A program made the position numbers and the translations under genes. The notes beneath the pieces are model-generated. The model did not search any database. It was not told the DNA's origin and saw only the letters and a list, made by a program, of their open reading frames with translations. DNA of 45,362 bases, filler included, from Catajapyx aquilonaris (taxonomy: Eukaryota): the NCBI GenBank assembly GCA_000934665.2. It is 2 parts of 2 records of this genome, joined end to end, with 100 filler letters (N's around TTAATTAATTAA, not from the genome) between each part and the next. Parts side by side here need not be neighbours in the genome. Positions count along the whole stretch, not along the records: positions 1 to 22,634 come from JYFJ02005837.1; 1 more part is not named here. One strand, given 5' to 3'. Below are positions 1-13,165 of this stretch, piece after piece; position 1 is the stretch's first letter, and each line of letters opens with the position of its first letter.

Positions 1-266
1 AGTAAGACCTATGGTACAGCTTAAATCAATTGGTGAAGGTCTTACGTGCGCCTGCCTTGTTTCAGTACTTTTATTCCGCCGCGGAGGTCTTACTTCTCTT
101 TTTTTTACTGAAGGAAAGTTTTTGATATAATAAAATATATAGAAACCTGCAATATATTTGCGGGGTTAAACTGCACCGAAGCCCAATTACATTTACTAAA
201 TATTTTCAGGTTAATTATGAGCAATTGGTATAAATGAATGAAATGCAGACTGTAATAATATGTTAA

Positions 267-900
267 AAGATCTCTTCCATGATTGCTTTTGCAATGACTC
301 CATAATTTTAGTCGTTTCTTATCATATTAGGTGAAAGAGTTTTTTTTTTCCTACTGACATTCCCAGCTAAGAAATTTGGTTTTGAAAACTAACGTTTTCA
401 AACTTCAAATGGCCACAGGTGTTTGAAGAATTTGAAAATCGTCATTGGATTTTTTTTACAGAAGTGTTAAATGATGACCAATTTTTAAAGGCTGCAAGTT
501 GTCCACTAAAATTCATACTAATGGAGTTAAATTGTGTGAATTATTAATAGTTTCCCATTGAAAATTGACCCATTTTAAGGGTTGCCATATTATGCAAACA
601 AGGTTTATAAAATATTACTTTTTCTGAACAATATATGCAACTCAAAAAACAGAAGAAAATTAAAGAAAAAAAAACAGAAGAATTTGTATATTAAAAAATC
701 TCCAAGATTCCAACCCTTTCTGTGGCCACATGAAGTGGGAATAAAAATGGCAAAATTGTGATTTTCAAATCCAAATTACTTGGTTGGGGATCAAATTCGG
801 CGAAAACTGAGTTTCGCATTTTCCTCTAATATTAATTAAAAATAACTTTCACAAAAATTATTTTGGGTCACCTCAAAATCAATCCTGCATGATATTTCTT
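267..900. mobile_element. Degenerate TTAA-flanked MITE with long imperfect TIRs (Kolobok-like)
   Basis: TTAA at 263-266 and 901-904. Left AAGATCTCTTCCATGATTGCTTTTG..ATAATTTT resembles the reverse complement of the right end; inner arm 358-420 matches 720-792 inverted. Superfamily inferred only from TTAA TSD plus purine termini. Confidence 0.45.
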
Positions 901-1592
901 TTAAATTTCTGACGGAGTAACTTTTTCATTGTGTTCATGAGTGCATTTCAAAATTATTATGCAATTTTGAAATAATTTATTAATTAAATTTTGGTAACCT
1001 GTGCATATTTCCAATCTAACTTCACTTCGGTTTTATCGCCAAATTCGGTTTTAGTCCAGGTATGGATGCAGAACTTCAGTTTGGTTCAGTTACAGATCCG
1101 ATTCAACCACGATAAAAACTATTTATAACACCGATTCATATTTCCGGCAAGACTCTCGGGGTAACACGACCTCGCCAAAAAAAATAATACCCCAAATTAA
1201 TTTGATTGGCTACTCGATACTGATATCTGACGTCAAGTGTGACTGTTCTCTTGAATGGTATTAAAGTGGCCTGCATGACAGATCGATGACGCAGGCGTAC
1301 CAGCCCTACGCTTCAAAATACGGATCCTAACTAACTTTACCCTTCAGGATTATGATACCACTGAAAAGGCAGGTACTGGGTACAGAGTAACTCATTAGCC
1401 CTAACATGTCAGTGTCAATTTACATCAATTATTAACAGGTACTGAAAAGCCCGCGAGAAAATAGATATCAAAACACTGTCCATCTGATCCCCATCCTCAT
1501 GAATGGATGATTTCTTAGAATGGGACGCACACAGTAGGTCATGGAGTAAGGTAATTTAAAGGCTTGTGTCACCTCGTTCTCCACTTACTCAC

Positions 1593-1745
1593 CATGAAGA
1601 ATGCAGTTGATACCAGGCGACTCGGAATCAAGGGATATCCGTACTCCTGCAGATGAAATTAATTCATGAGGACCCAGCCTTTTTTGTTGTTGTTGAAAAT
1701 ATAAATAAATATAACTAGGTGTTTACCTGATCCTGCTTCAGCCAT
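1593..1745 (-). CDS. Possible first two coding exons of a downstream gene (MAEAGS-GVRISLDSESPGINCILH...)
   Basis: ACC-ATG-G at 1745; donor G|GTAAAC after 1727; acceptor TGCAG| before 1646; donor G|GTGAGT after 1593; phases compatible. No continuation or homology recognised. Confidence 0.25.
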
Positions 1746-2170
1746 GGTTGCTGCTATGCCTTCTGCAAATCAAATCCAGGTATAATGCACCAGAGCTTTA
1801 GGCACTGCTCATATTCGTTGGAAACTGACCTGCCTCCTGTGCCGCTTGCCTCTTTCTGGGGGCCATCTATCCCAAATTCAGCGATCTCTACACTCCCTCT
1901 AAAATCGATTTTCCAACCCTGCGCGATTCTCATACATTCCATCCTCTCCCCCACACCCCCACAGCATCCGACCCTTCAACCCGGTCCTACCCTAGTACCT
2001 GATCCATATCCCCCTGTTTAGTTCCATTTATCTGGTTAGCTTAATAGATTGGTCCCGCCATTCTATGGAGCCGTTATAAATAATTTTTTTTAAACAACGT
2101 GCGAAAGTGTTACGAACTATAAACTAATTCTGACTAGCTCTATAAATATCACAGTCACCATTTAATAGCA

Positions 2171-5100
2171 TTAAACAATAGGATCGGTATTGGCAGGCGA
2201 TGCTTGCATCTTCATGCTGACATACACATATCTGAAATAGAATTTTTTTGATGTAATGCACTGGGTGACAATATTAAGAGAATAATGACTTACCCAAACA
2301 AAAAGAAAACAACTGCATATACGCCTGCAGATACTGCAAGAAACGTTCCTGGAAATATGTCCAGGGTATAGTTGTAGATAGCAGTGTATAAAGGCGTGGC
2401 CACTATAGGTAATGTCGATTCCAATGAGGCGACGAAGGAAAAGACTTTACCTGGGAGAAATCAATTTTTAGACGATGGATCAAGTGGCGTAATTGTGAAC
2501 GGTCGTTACCTAACTCGTTGCCATCTACTATCTTTGAGATCATAGACCTGAGAACAATGAGACATATCGCGCTGAAGACAGAGAGAGAAGAACCTGTTAC
2601 AAAGAAAAACGACTTTGTATTTGTCGTTTCCGCCAATAAGAATTGATTATCCCTAATCAAACATTTCATAGAGTACTTTTGTTATGAAGACTTACCCAAA
2701 TACAGCATCCACCCGGTAGTAGAAAGGGCCATGACGATGCAGGAGGCGGCTTTGGTTGACGTGCTCAAGAATCCTAGAACAGGATCAGGCAGTCGTAACC
2801 ATCGACTTAGAATAGGGACACCCACTACTGTTCCGACAATAGTGACAGTGGAAGCGAAGGTGGTGAACGTAGTATAAGTAACGGTATCCCACAACAACTT
2901 CTTGATCGTATATAAATACACCAGTTTGGAGTCACCTACCGGAAAAAAGTGAATTGTTGGACTCCTAATGGCTCTACTAATAATGGGACAAGTTATTACC
3001 AATGAAAGGGAAGACCTGGAGGAAGATTCCTAAGCAGAGAACGACGATCCAAATCCTCTTGGATCCTTCTCTGCGTTTGAAAGTAGTGGCAAAGACATCT
3101 CGGATATTTCGGATGTCCACGAGATCAGCGCAACATCCTCTCTCGTGTCTATTGTCAATCACAACACTCTCACGTACTACAAACACAGTGTAGACAGCCG
3201 CAACAAGATTGATAGCAGCACTGATGCTAAATACGACCACGTATCCGTAGGTTTCGTAGAGGATTCCGCCGAAGAAGAGTCCTAATGGCAACCCCATATA
3301 GAACGAGACTTGTAAGATCGCCATTCGAGTGGTCCTCTCAGCTTCCGTGGTTACATCCGATATGTAGCTATTGGCTGCCATAACCTATGAAGAACAATGT
3401 GGTACTTTGCATTAGTATTCAGACACAGGCATGAGCAAGGGACATCCCATGTTGTCTCCATGGTCACAGCGAAACGGCATCGAAAAGGTTACACTAGCGA
3501 AATTCCCTTATCTATAACCTCTTACAGGGACCTTAAGACGGTATTAAAGGCAGTAAAAATATTAAGGCGATTAAGGAAGCTAAGACGTGATCAATGGGTG
3601 CAGCATTGTTGTGGATAAGAACCTAAAGTACCCCATTTGCTGCTTGATACTATACTGTCGTGGTGTGACTGAAAACATCGGATCATTCTGAGAAATAGTA
3701 TTTTCGTCCACGTCTTTTTATGTGCGGAAAACCTCTATTTGGAGATCTTCACGCCTACGCGCCCGATTCTTCTCTTCAATGGGAAGGATGATGTAACACT
3801 GGAGGAAACCTTTTCCGTTTAGTATACTAATCATTATATCCGATTTTGTGTGACGCTTCCTACGGCTTCCGTCATTCATAAAAAGCCGCTGTGCTAAACT
3901 GTTGGAACTGTCCGTCAGTTACGATGAGAATATTAATTTTTACTGGAAGAGTTTAAAGTATTGTTTTATTCAAAATAGTGAAATCAGCTAAACGAGCAAA
4001 TAGATTACTGGACAAATTTTAATTGATCTATACATCGTGGCATGTAGACTATTAATTAGCATATTTTCATATGTAAAATGGAATGAATTAAAAGGAAACC
4101 TACTGCATGATTCGTGGAAGCCACATTATGGTGCTTGCATATAAATATTTGGTACAAAGGGTCATGAGCAATCAAGACCTTTGATGTGGTCTTATCTGAT
4201 AGAACTTGGCACTGGTACCCCAGAGTTAGCTTTTTCATTCATACTATCTGATTCACTCATACTCGAGTCGCGACGTCTAATATACGGACTGTAATGATTT
4301 ACAACAAACTTCATTATCGCGAAACCATCATGAGCAAAAATCTGTCACATCTCTTTGACGTCGCGCTTCCCAGTCCAGTTAATATATATCATCGTGACCT
4401 TTCACAGTGCGAGTTTTGCAGTTGAACTATAGGTCTGTAGTATAGCGACCTTCATTTTTTATTTAAAGGAACCGACTCGTGTGAAAAGTTAACTTTAAAT
4501 AAAAGTTCATTGTGTTGGACAGATGAGCAATAACGTGCGCCTGAGCTCACTAACCATAAAAATACATTTGGCGATGATCACCATCATTATAGTAAATCAT
4601 GTAAATCCACTCTCAATATGACTGATGACTACTGCTGCGATTGCTTTTTGAACACGTGAGAGGGATACAATCAGACCCTATAAACAACCGGGCGCTATGA
4701 AGGTCTATCTGATGTGGATAAGTGGTCCGAGATAAGAATAAGAAGAAAAAAAACGCCTGAAAATACTGTTCGACATAAATAACATTTGTTGATCACGAGC
4801 ACTTAGACACTCCACATGTGACGAGGCCATTATAATTGGACCTGGTAAGAGGAAAATGTGTAGGAAATCCCCATTCCCCATTGAGATAAAGAGTCATGCC
4901 ACTCAGTGCTGCTGACATGTCCTATAAAAAAGAGAAAATTATTTGTCACGAACGTTTTTTTACGCCCTCCTTGTGATAAAGGGAAAGAAAATGGAAGACG
5001 CGAGATTGGTAGGGTCAGGTGAGGAGGGGAATTACCACGGATACTGGTTACGTAATTATTATAGCGTCTGGCATATTGTTTACTACACGCTGTGTCGCCG

Positions 5101-7195
5101 TAAACAAAGGTCCGGACATTTTTGTCACGCATGGATGTTCCAACTTTCCGAAATTCTTGAAAAACTCTGGGGAGCTTGTAATTATTGCATAACAGATAAC
5201 GGTTAGTTTCATTCCGTACCATAATTAGGCTACTTGAGAGGTGTGGGGGAAAAACATGATTACTGACAAAAGAGTAATTTTTCAGGAGAGCGAATTGAAG
5301 TTTGAATTTGCTTAACAAATCATAGGGAATGCTGGTTTTGATCTAGTCCGTGTGGCCGTCTCATGCATGATACATGAACTTGGAGTATACCAAACTGTTT
5401 GTCACGTCTTATACATAGTTGCTAGGTGTTTAGGTCAAAAATGACAGTTATCGTGTTTTTCCCCCACAGCCCTCACTTCATAACATCATTAGACAGCATT
5501 AGAGACGTAGCGGTTTTCTCGAAAGATTGAGAGCAAGAATAGGGAATAGCTTTGAGAGAGGCTGGAAAAAATTAAACTTATTTTTGTTACAGCAGGTCCC
5601 TATATCTTCTGAAATATTTAGCTCCACTCTCTTCACTAACTCGATACAGAAAAATAGGTGTTCAACAATTGCGGGAACTCTGTTACATCATAATATTACG
5701 CCAACTTTGCCTGGAATTCCTGTGACATGTTCATATGCAATCTGCATGCTACACCAAAGTTACGAGATTCTCACAGGATGTATTTCATCTTCGTTAGTTA
5801 TTTTGATTGACACAAATGAAATATTGCAAGTGACACTAGCTATTTGTAAGAGCAATAGTGATAATATAGAGCAGATGGATGAGGCAATGCGGAAATTGCG
5901 TGCTACAAAATTAACGGTGATTACGGTTGGACTGTCCAAAGATCAAACGTAATTGCCATAATTATGCAGTTAAACTGGGTGAGGGAGGGACAGATAATTA
6001 AGTGGATGTTCATATGAATCGGTGGAACAATCGCACTGATATCCTTTCTATTTCTAAATATAGTAGCTGCAATGGGGTGTCACTTTCAGTTCCTACTGGC
6101 CAACTGGCGCATAAAAGCAGATTGGATACAGATTTATTGTAACTTATCATTAATGTCAAGGAAGTAGATATGCGCATAATGCACTTTCACGGCACATAGA
6201 ACGATAATGTACGTATCATATAAAAATAATTGTGCACTATACACACTAGTGAAAAAAACATATCGTACATCATTTAATCAGCGCCTAAAAGGTCATTACC
6301 ATTGAATGTGATTATCTACATAATAAATTATTCCTTGGGCATGGACAGCATCGGGAATAAAATTTCGTACATATACTGTATGTGAATTTTTCCCCACATA
6401 TTTACAACTCTGCCTTCAAGTTTACAACTGTCCTGTTTTTGCAGCGCGACTATTTGAAAAGCACCTGATAATTCTAAAACGGTCCTATGCAGCTGTAGTA
6501 AACACAAAGTACGTCACTGACACACATGCAAATACGATAGTTCTTACTAGGCATATGATCCCTCCGGACACTGCCACCGGAACAGACGCCACTAGTAGAT
6601 AGGCTGTTGGCACATGATGCAGATAGGCCAACAAGGCCAGCACCATGAAACTAAGGGCATAGCCAACCTGGGGAAGAAGCAATGGAACCTTCCTTCCGTG
6701 TCTGTCGCTCCAGGGGCCCACGAACAACGCAAAGAAGACGGACACACATGACTCGATCAAATTCCCGTAGACCATGTACACCGACGCTTCTTTTTGGACG
6801 TCGCTTTCATCTGTCTGATGGATATAAGACCAACTCATCTAAAAACCTTGACCGATGACCCAGGAGGAACAAGAACTTACCGGATCGGATGTAATATTGC
6901 TGCAATCTATTTCGGCATTGTCCCGACTCATAGCATGACAGATAGTGTCCAGATACAAATTCTGGGACACCACTGCACTCATGCTGTAGCTGAGCATCAT
7001 CAGGAATGTCGGTGGTTCTACAGAGACAGTGGACAAGAACCTTCTTATTTGGAAACAGCATGGCTTCGGAGGCGGTGGTGATTCTTCTTCTCTTTCCGAA
7101 GGGCTCCTCTTCCGGGTTTTTTCCGGAATCAACCTCTCAGTGGTACTAGTGTTGATAGACATGTCGCCAGACGTGTCTTCTTCGTCGCTCGACAT
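2171..7195 (-). CDS. SLC46 family (proton-coupled folate transporter-like) MFS transporter, 7 coding exons, 502 aa
   Basis: join(complement 7195-6881, 6814-6548, 3384-3000, 2935-2696, 2593-2510, 2450-2294, 2231-2171) = 1509 nt, all GT-AG and phase-consistent, ends TAA. MFS motif A (GPWSDRHGRK) and SLC46-typical segments VEPPTFL, SYISDVT..ERTTRMA, LRSMISKIVDGNELGKVF, PLYTAIYNYTLDIFPG. Confidence 0.9.
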
Positions 7196-9314
7196 GGTCA
7201 ACTCTTACGCTTATTCATGAAAATGGGGGATCCAAAAATACTTTAAGTTTAATGCCCTCCAGATGAGTCGCGGCAATTATTTTTAGGACCCATGGCACAA
7301 TCGACTACGTAGCAAAACAGGTTTACACATGAAACCAAGAATAGATTGACAAGACGCAATCAATAAAAATGCCTTCTACAGAGTCGGTGCAAGAATCGAA
7401 AATAGACTCGTGTATGTCAGTAACCCTCCCGTTTACAATACAGTACGGTACCTGTACTGGCTTCTGGAACTGGACCCAAACAACCTTCTAACCTAAGGCT
7501 TTAACACCCCAGTCCACCGTAAATAATGACTGATTATCAAATTATCTATCACGTGATCTGCTATTAATCCACTCGCGTCTTTAAGGGTGCTGTTGCTATC
7601 ATTAGATTACGTAACAGTGCAAATAGCATAGCTCCCAAAATTCACTTTACAATCTGCAGATTGTGCCACACAATGAACAACTGCCTATTATGCCATTTTT
7701 TGGACAGCACTTATCACCCTTATCGTGTTATTATGTAGACACATCCCACAGCTTTTCTCCAAGTATATATCACAAAACACTACTGCTTGCAAACAAATGG
7801 CTAGTCACACTGTTGTGCACTTTTTACGAGCTACTTTTTGCACACAACACGTGACTTTCAAGGTTGACATGCATGGCCTTGATACAGCATGTGTAGGAAA
7901 ATTTTTCTGATAAATTCTGACAACATTCTGCCTAGCACAGCTGAGCATGCAATATTTCCCGAGCAATCCACTTGTCTATATAATGGAAGCCTGTTGATCA
8001 GAATATTGCAATGGTGATGGGAACAAATGATTAAAATGAGAGGGTGAGTCATGTGGACGGTCTGTGACCCAACAGTGGAGTTATAAAGCTCACTCCCTCT
8101 AAAAGATATCTGTTATGCAATCTGTAGCTTGATATCACTGGTGTACCAAAATAAACCTTGGGGTTGACCTTTCAGATCTATACAACCACTTGGGAATATG
8201 TAATAATTTACAAAATTTATTTATGTACTTGCATGGATACAACGACAGTAAAAGTGGAAAAAAACATGCACACACACAGAGAGATCTTCTTCACGTACAC
8301 TTGTACAAGTTCTTACATAATTTTGAGATTTCATTGGAGGATTTTACTTAGCAATATATTTTTACTGGAAAATGTGAAATGAACTTCGGCAAATTCAATA
8401 TAAATGATATGTACATATTAGCACAAAGAAATGGTCTGCTGCTGAAAACATTTATGGCCCAAGCAGTTAGATTTTATTGAATAATAAAGTAAAATGCCAC
8501 ATTAAAAACAAAACAAAACAAATTCTGTAAAAAAAGAGAATCTTCCAAATGCATTATGGTGCTACACAACCAACAGCACTCATGTTTGTTTCCCTGTTCA
8601 GTTTTTCATTGATAGAGTGCTGACAGCTGTGTAGTGGCAAGATATGTTTGGTCGAAGCTTGAGTGTGCTATCTGGCAACGAGGTGAAATGGCAAGGTATG
8701 CTATTAATCTGTGTCCACATTTTCTGCTCTTGAATATTGTTTTGGCAAATAGAAAACCCTGTTTTGTGTGTTGAGCAATATAAGTTGTGCTTCAAGGTTT
8801 TCCAAGGGGGACATAATTATGAGGATGTTAGAAAGAATATCAATACCAAGCCTTCATACATTTGACTGTCAAGGCAGTCCTTATGAGCCATTTATCAAAT
8901 GGGCATAAAATACTGCCTCATCTCAAAAACAGAAGGCGCCACAAGACTCAAATCATCATTTCTCGGCTGCCATCTACCACCTTTTGTTCCCAACATGAAT
9001 TGCAAAAGTAAATTCCCAATGTTTCCCAATGAAATCTTCCAATACTAGGCTAAATTGTCTTATATGTAATGAGAGGAATCTGTATAAAATGAGAAATACT
9101 TCCTTCAGAAAATGCACTGAACATACTGCTTCATTCAACATGGTCAAGTGAGATTTTTAAATAAGAAAGAATGATAAGAAGAAGAAAAATCAAACATCTT
9201 TGAACTTTCACTGTTACCAAAACCTGCCTTGATATTCTAAAGGACATTCTGTATAATTACTGAAATAACATCAACCTGAGTAAAATAAAATACTTCACAG
9301 ATGCCATAGTTCGA

Positions 9315-9380
9315 TTACAGCTTTGGTATTATCTCCACAAATACGAAGCCTTCTTGCTGGTATGCATTGCGGAGTGTGTC
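9315..9380 (-). other. Putative terminal exon (DTLRNAYQQEGFVFVEIIPKL* if coding in phase 0) followed by a long TE-free 3' UTR-like tract
   Basis: Strong acceptor TTTTTCTCTTCCTCCAG| before 9380; TAA at 9317-9315; minus-strand AATAAA near 8473-8478; upstream partner exon not proven. Confidence 0.4.
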
Positions 9381-9467
9381 CTGGAGGAAGAGAAAAACAA
9401 ACACATATATAATAATTCCTAACATGACTGAGGGGCTACAAAAAATCCTTATGCAATTTTCCACATA

Positions 9468-9888
9468 CAGGGTGAAGGCAAACTTGCGCCCAATTGCCAG
9501 GTAGGCTGATAGTACTCGCAAAACTAATATAGGGATGTGCAATTAGTTTTGGGCGCCAGTGCGTAGTTAATGCGTACAGCACCTTTAAAGTGACGTCTCA
9601 TCCGCTCCGCCAGTTTCAAAGAAGCAAAAGCCCGCTCGAGGGCCTCTGAATAATCTGGCCTTGGTCCTCTAACGCATCGTCCATGTGCAATAGGTGATCG
9701 AATCCCGGTGCGACACCCATGCACTTTGTCGTTTTACCTCATATTTTACTACGTGGCCCTCTACGCTTTGAAGGTGCCATACGCATTAACTACCCAACGG
9801 CGCCCAAAACTAATTGCACATCCCTATATTAGTTTTGCGAGTACTATCAGTCTACCTGGCGATTGGGTGCGAGTTTCCCTTCACCCTG
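9468..9888. mobile_element. Tc1/mariner-type MITE, ~125 bp TIRs
   Basis: TA-CAGGGTGAAGG ... CCTTCACCCTG-TA; arms match in inverted orientation through AGTACTCGCAAAACTAATATAGGGATGTGCAATTAGTTTTGGGCGCC. Confidence 0.85.
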
Positions 9889-10472
9889 TATAAGACCTGT
9901 TTCTACCCCTCCCCCCCTCCCCATGTGTAATCTAGTACAGGGCAATTCCACGGCAACAGAGACATAATCCAAAAATGAAGTCACATATTGTGGGGTGGTG
10001 ATGGATTATTGAAAGCAAACCATTCCGTCATTATGCCACATGAAGTAGGTGTAGCAACTTTCTGCTACCAGATAGCAGCAGAGCCATGGAATAGTCATAA
10101 CTGACGCAACTTTCAACTGTTTGTTGCGTCAGTTACGTTAATCCTAATTTCTCCTGAAAACATGAACAGGTGTGGTCTAAAATAATCACAAAATTTCTCC
10201 TGAGAAGTAGATTATATATCAGTTGTTAACATTACTTCTAAACACATTCAGCTCACAGGGTTTCACATCACTACAGCACCCCCCAAAGAGCTTGTCTTTT
10301 TCATGTTGCGTCAGTTACATTATATTAATATTTTAGAGAGTCAATTCAAGTAACTGTTGCAAAATTCTAAAAATATGGCAATAAGCTACCAGGAAGCAGC
10401 CACATGGGAATAATTTTAAATTCCTTCTCCATTAACAGTTGCCATTGCAATCAATATAATTACAGCATGTAT

Positions 10473-10748
10473 CGTGGGCGACACGGTGGTGTAGTGGTTA
10501 GCACCGCAGCCTTCCACCTCTGAGGTCCCGAGTTCAATCCCCGGGTAGGACGGAGGATACTTATGTGGACAGAGTTTCAATGGGTTCTCTCTGGGTTCGT
10601 GTGGGTTTTCTCGGGGTTCTCCCGTTTCCTCCCACAATCAAAATTCATCACAGCGCAGGCAATGATTAAATATCGTTCATGAAAAGACGATCCCCGAAGA
10701 GGCCCAAGGAGGCCTATCATGGGGTATCCATTGTTATTGTAATATTAT
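10473..10748 (+). mobile_element. tRNA-derived SINE (family 1) with V/Meta-SINE-like central domain
   Basis: A box TGGTGTAGTGG, B box GAGTTCAATCC; central GTGGGTTTTCTCGGGGTTCTCCCGTTTCCTCCCACA; AT-rich tail; TSD ATTACAGCATG(T/A)AT on both sides. Confidence 0.85.
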
Positions 10749-10797
10749 ATTACAGCATGAATCCCTTCCAAATGTTGCATCAGTTACGCTGGAATTA

Positions 10798-11147
10798 AGA
10801 CCCATTCACACTGGCGTCGACCGTCTTGTCTTTGGTCGTGTTGATGCCGCCGACCAATCAGTGGGCCCTGAGCGCCCACTCTGATTGGTCAAGGGCAAGC
10901 TGCTGTTTACACATTTCAGTTCCTCAGTTGTATGTTTACATGACCGTTGCATCAGTATGCACGCGCTCTGCCCAAAAGCATCCTCCTATTGGCTGGTCGC
11001 AGTTTGAGATCGACCGAGACCGCAACAAAAACAGATTCAACAGATTTTGTTGACGATCGTCTCTTCGACCGTAGGGCCCGCTCTGATTGATCGGCGGCAT
11101 CAACGCGACCGAAGAAGAGATGGTCGACGGCCAGTGTGAATATCCCT
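10798..11147. mobile_element. PIF/Harbinger-like MITE
   Basis: TTA TSD at 10795-10797 and 11148-11150; ~70 bp TIR AG....ATTCACACTGGC.GTCGACC...GTTGATGCCGCCGA.CAATCAG. Confidence 0.75.
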
Positions 11148-11403
11148 TTACCCTACAAATAACCAAGACCCTCTATATCTCAACAAATCAGGGTATGGCT
11201 CTCATTACACTTTTTATGAGATAATAGTGCATGACTACAAATGCAGTCATATACTCCACATCCCAAAATCAGTTCAGATCTGCATTGATGGCAATCTCAC
11301 ATGCTTTCCTTCTGACTCACACCCAGCCCCCTGCCACTCCTACCCCAGCTTTATGGACACCCCCATTCAGGTAGCTATTGTGGGGGTGGTAGTGTAGAGT
11401 GTG

Positions 11404-11765
11404 GTGTAGAGTAAAAGGTGTGAGCACAGTCTTAAAACATACAGGTCTGGTCACTCCCCCTCTTATTGCATTCAGTTAGATGCTGTGGGTGGTAGTGCAT
11501 GGGATAGCCATTACAGCACTGCTCTGGCCTACTACCTGTCACGATCCTACTAGGCGATTCTGCCTTTAGTAACATCCACCTCTTATAACATCGATGCAAA
11601 ATGCAAAAGGCAGAATCGCCTGGTAGGATCGTGACAGATAGCAGGCCAGAGCAGTGCAGTAATGGCTATCCCATGCACTATCACCCACAGTAACTGAATG
11701 CAATAAGAGGCGGAGTGACCAAACCTGTATATTTTAAGACTGTGCTCACACCCTATACTCTTCCA
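11404..11765. repeat. Foldback inverted repeat, ~165 bp arms with short spacer
   Basis: GGTGTGAGCACAGTCTTAAAA...GGCGATTCTGCCTTT is mirrored by AAAGGCAGAATCGCC...TTTTAAGACTGTGCTCACACC. Confidence 0.8.
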
Positions 11766-11968
11766 TGCTTACTACAGGGTGAGTCTCTAGAATGGAAACC
11801 CAAACATTCCTCAATAACTTTTTAACTATTGAATGCTTCCCGATGAAAATTGACACGTACTTACCTTGTCTGTTGCCAAACAAGGTCTGCCTAGAGAATA
11901 TACCAAAAATGGTCCCCTCCAGCATCCAAGCACTTCTGTTTGCAAGTCAGCATATTGGAGTATATGTA

Positions 11969-12056
11969 CTATGGGCGCCAAAAGAATTGACCGGAATTGA
12001 TGGGTATATAGCGCCATATACCCATCAACTCCGGTCAATTCTTTTGGCGGCCATAG
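11969..12056. mobile_element. 88-bp hairpin MITE with TA TSD
   Basis: TA-CTATGGGCGCCAAAAGAATTGACCGGA...TCCGGTCAATTCTTTTGGCGGCCATAG-TA, near-perfect hairpin. Confidence 0.7.
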
Positions 12057-12484
12057 TACAAGGACTGTCCAAAAAGTATACGACTTTTATTTTTTCATGG
12101 AAACAAATGAAGAGTGGGAGGTGTCCTGTGGTGAGTACTGTGGTGAGTAGGTAGGGAGTACCTTCATGAGTATTCGTTAATTTTTTCGAGCCACCAGAGA
12201 GAATCAGTCACTGGCAGTCAGACTGTCTGACCGAGGGTACTTAGGGGGGGCACTAGTAGGATTTTTCATTTTCCAATAAAAAGACAGAACCACTTGAACA
12301 GAAGTGCGGCATCAGATTTTGCATTCATGTCTGGCAATACTCAAGTGGAAACCATTCGGAAGATTCAGCAGGTTATCGGTGACGATGCAATGGGCATCAC
12401 ACCCTTTCAAAGATGGCTGAACGTGGAGACTCACTTTCCAACAGGCCCTCAACAAGCCTATATGACAATGTCACTAACCAAGTG

Positions 12485-12739
12485 TGGAGCGATAAAGCAA
12501 AACCCGCAAGATCCATCACAAACTTTTCTATTGATCTTGCTGGTTTTGCTTGCACTGTGCTGCTGGATCTTGCAGTATTTGCTTGAATCGACAGTTTTTG
12601 GGCTCATATACTATGGAACTAACACATTTTGCCCGACCAGCTTTTAACACCGCATCACAACCTATGTGATGGACAATATGCCATGCCTAACTCGTTTCCC
12701 GCCAACATTGGATCTTGCGGGTTTTGCTTTGCCGCTCCT
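12485..12739. mobile_element. MITE with ~30 bp TIR and 6-bp TSD, superfamily unassigned
   Basis: CAAGTG-TGGAGCGATAAAGCAAAACCCGCAAGATCCA ... TGGATCTTGCGGGTTTTGCTTTGCCGCTCCT-CAAGTG. Confidence 0.7.
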
Positions 12740-13165
12740 CAAGTGCTGACTTTGGTCATGCAGGAGTGTTATGTCACAGTCTGAGAACTTGCTGATGAGG
12801 TGTGGATAAGCACTGGTTTGGTTGAATTTCATTTTGAGGAAGGATTTGGCCTTGCAGAGTGTCCGTGAAGTTCGTGCAGAATTTTCTGACAGCAGGAGCA
12901 GAAGGAACTTCGCCTGGAAGTCTTTCAGGACATGTTGGACTCCTCAAACGGTTACCCCGACTTCTGGAACACCGTGATGACTGGTGACGAGTTGTGGGGT
13001 CATATTGCTGTTCAAGTGGTTCCGTCATTTTCGCAGAAAATGAAAACCCGACGGAGGCTTAATACCGCCAGTCACTTAGAGGCTGACTGTCAGCGACTGA
13101 TTCTCTCTGGGGGCAGGAAAAAATTCATGAATAATCATGAAGGTACTCCCCACCTACCCACCATA

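Larger units (their letters stand above)
9938..11155. mobile_element. Older Tc1/mariner-type non-autonomous element hosting a SINE and a Harbinger-like MITE
   Basis: TA-CAGGGCAATTCC left end; right end GGAATTA|CCCTA is split by the 10798-11147 insertion; internal repeats of TGTTGCGTCAGTTACG. Confidence 0.5.

Noticed and set aside
4830..5952. 162 aa and 141 aa ORFs in SLC46 intron 2
   Set aside because: Non-ATG starts, no motifs, no convincing splice context.
7120..7150. Dileucine lysosomal sorting signal TTERLI in the SLC46 N-terminus
   Set aside because: Spacing does not fit [DE]xxxL[LI].
10476..10550. tRNA gene
   Set aside because: A and B boxes are present but it continues into a SINE body, tail and TSD; the same applies at ~13400, ~28005, ~32420 and ~40870.
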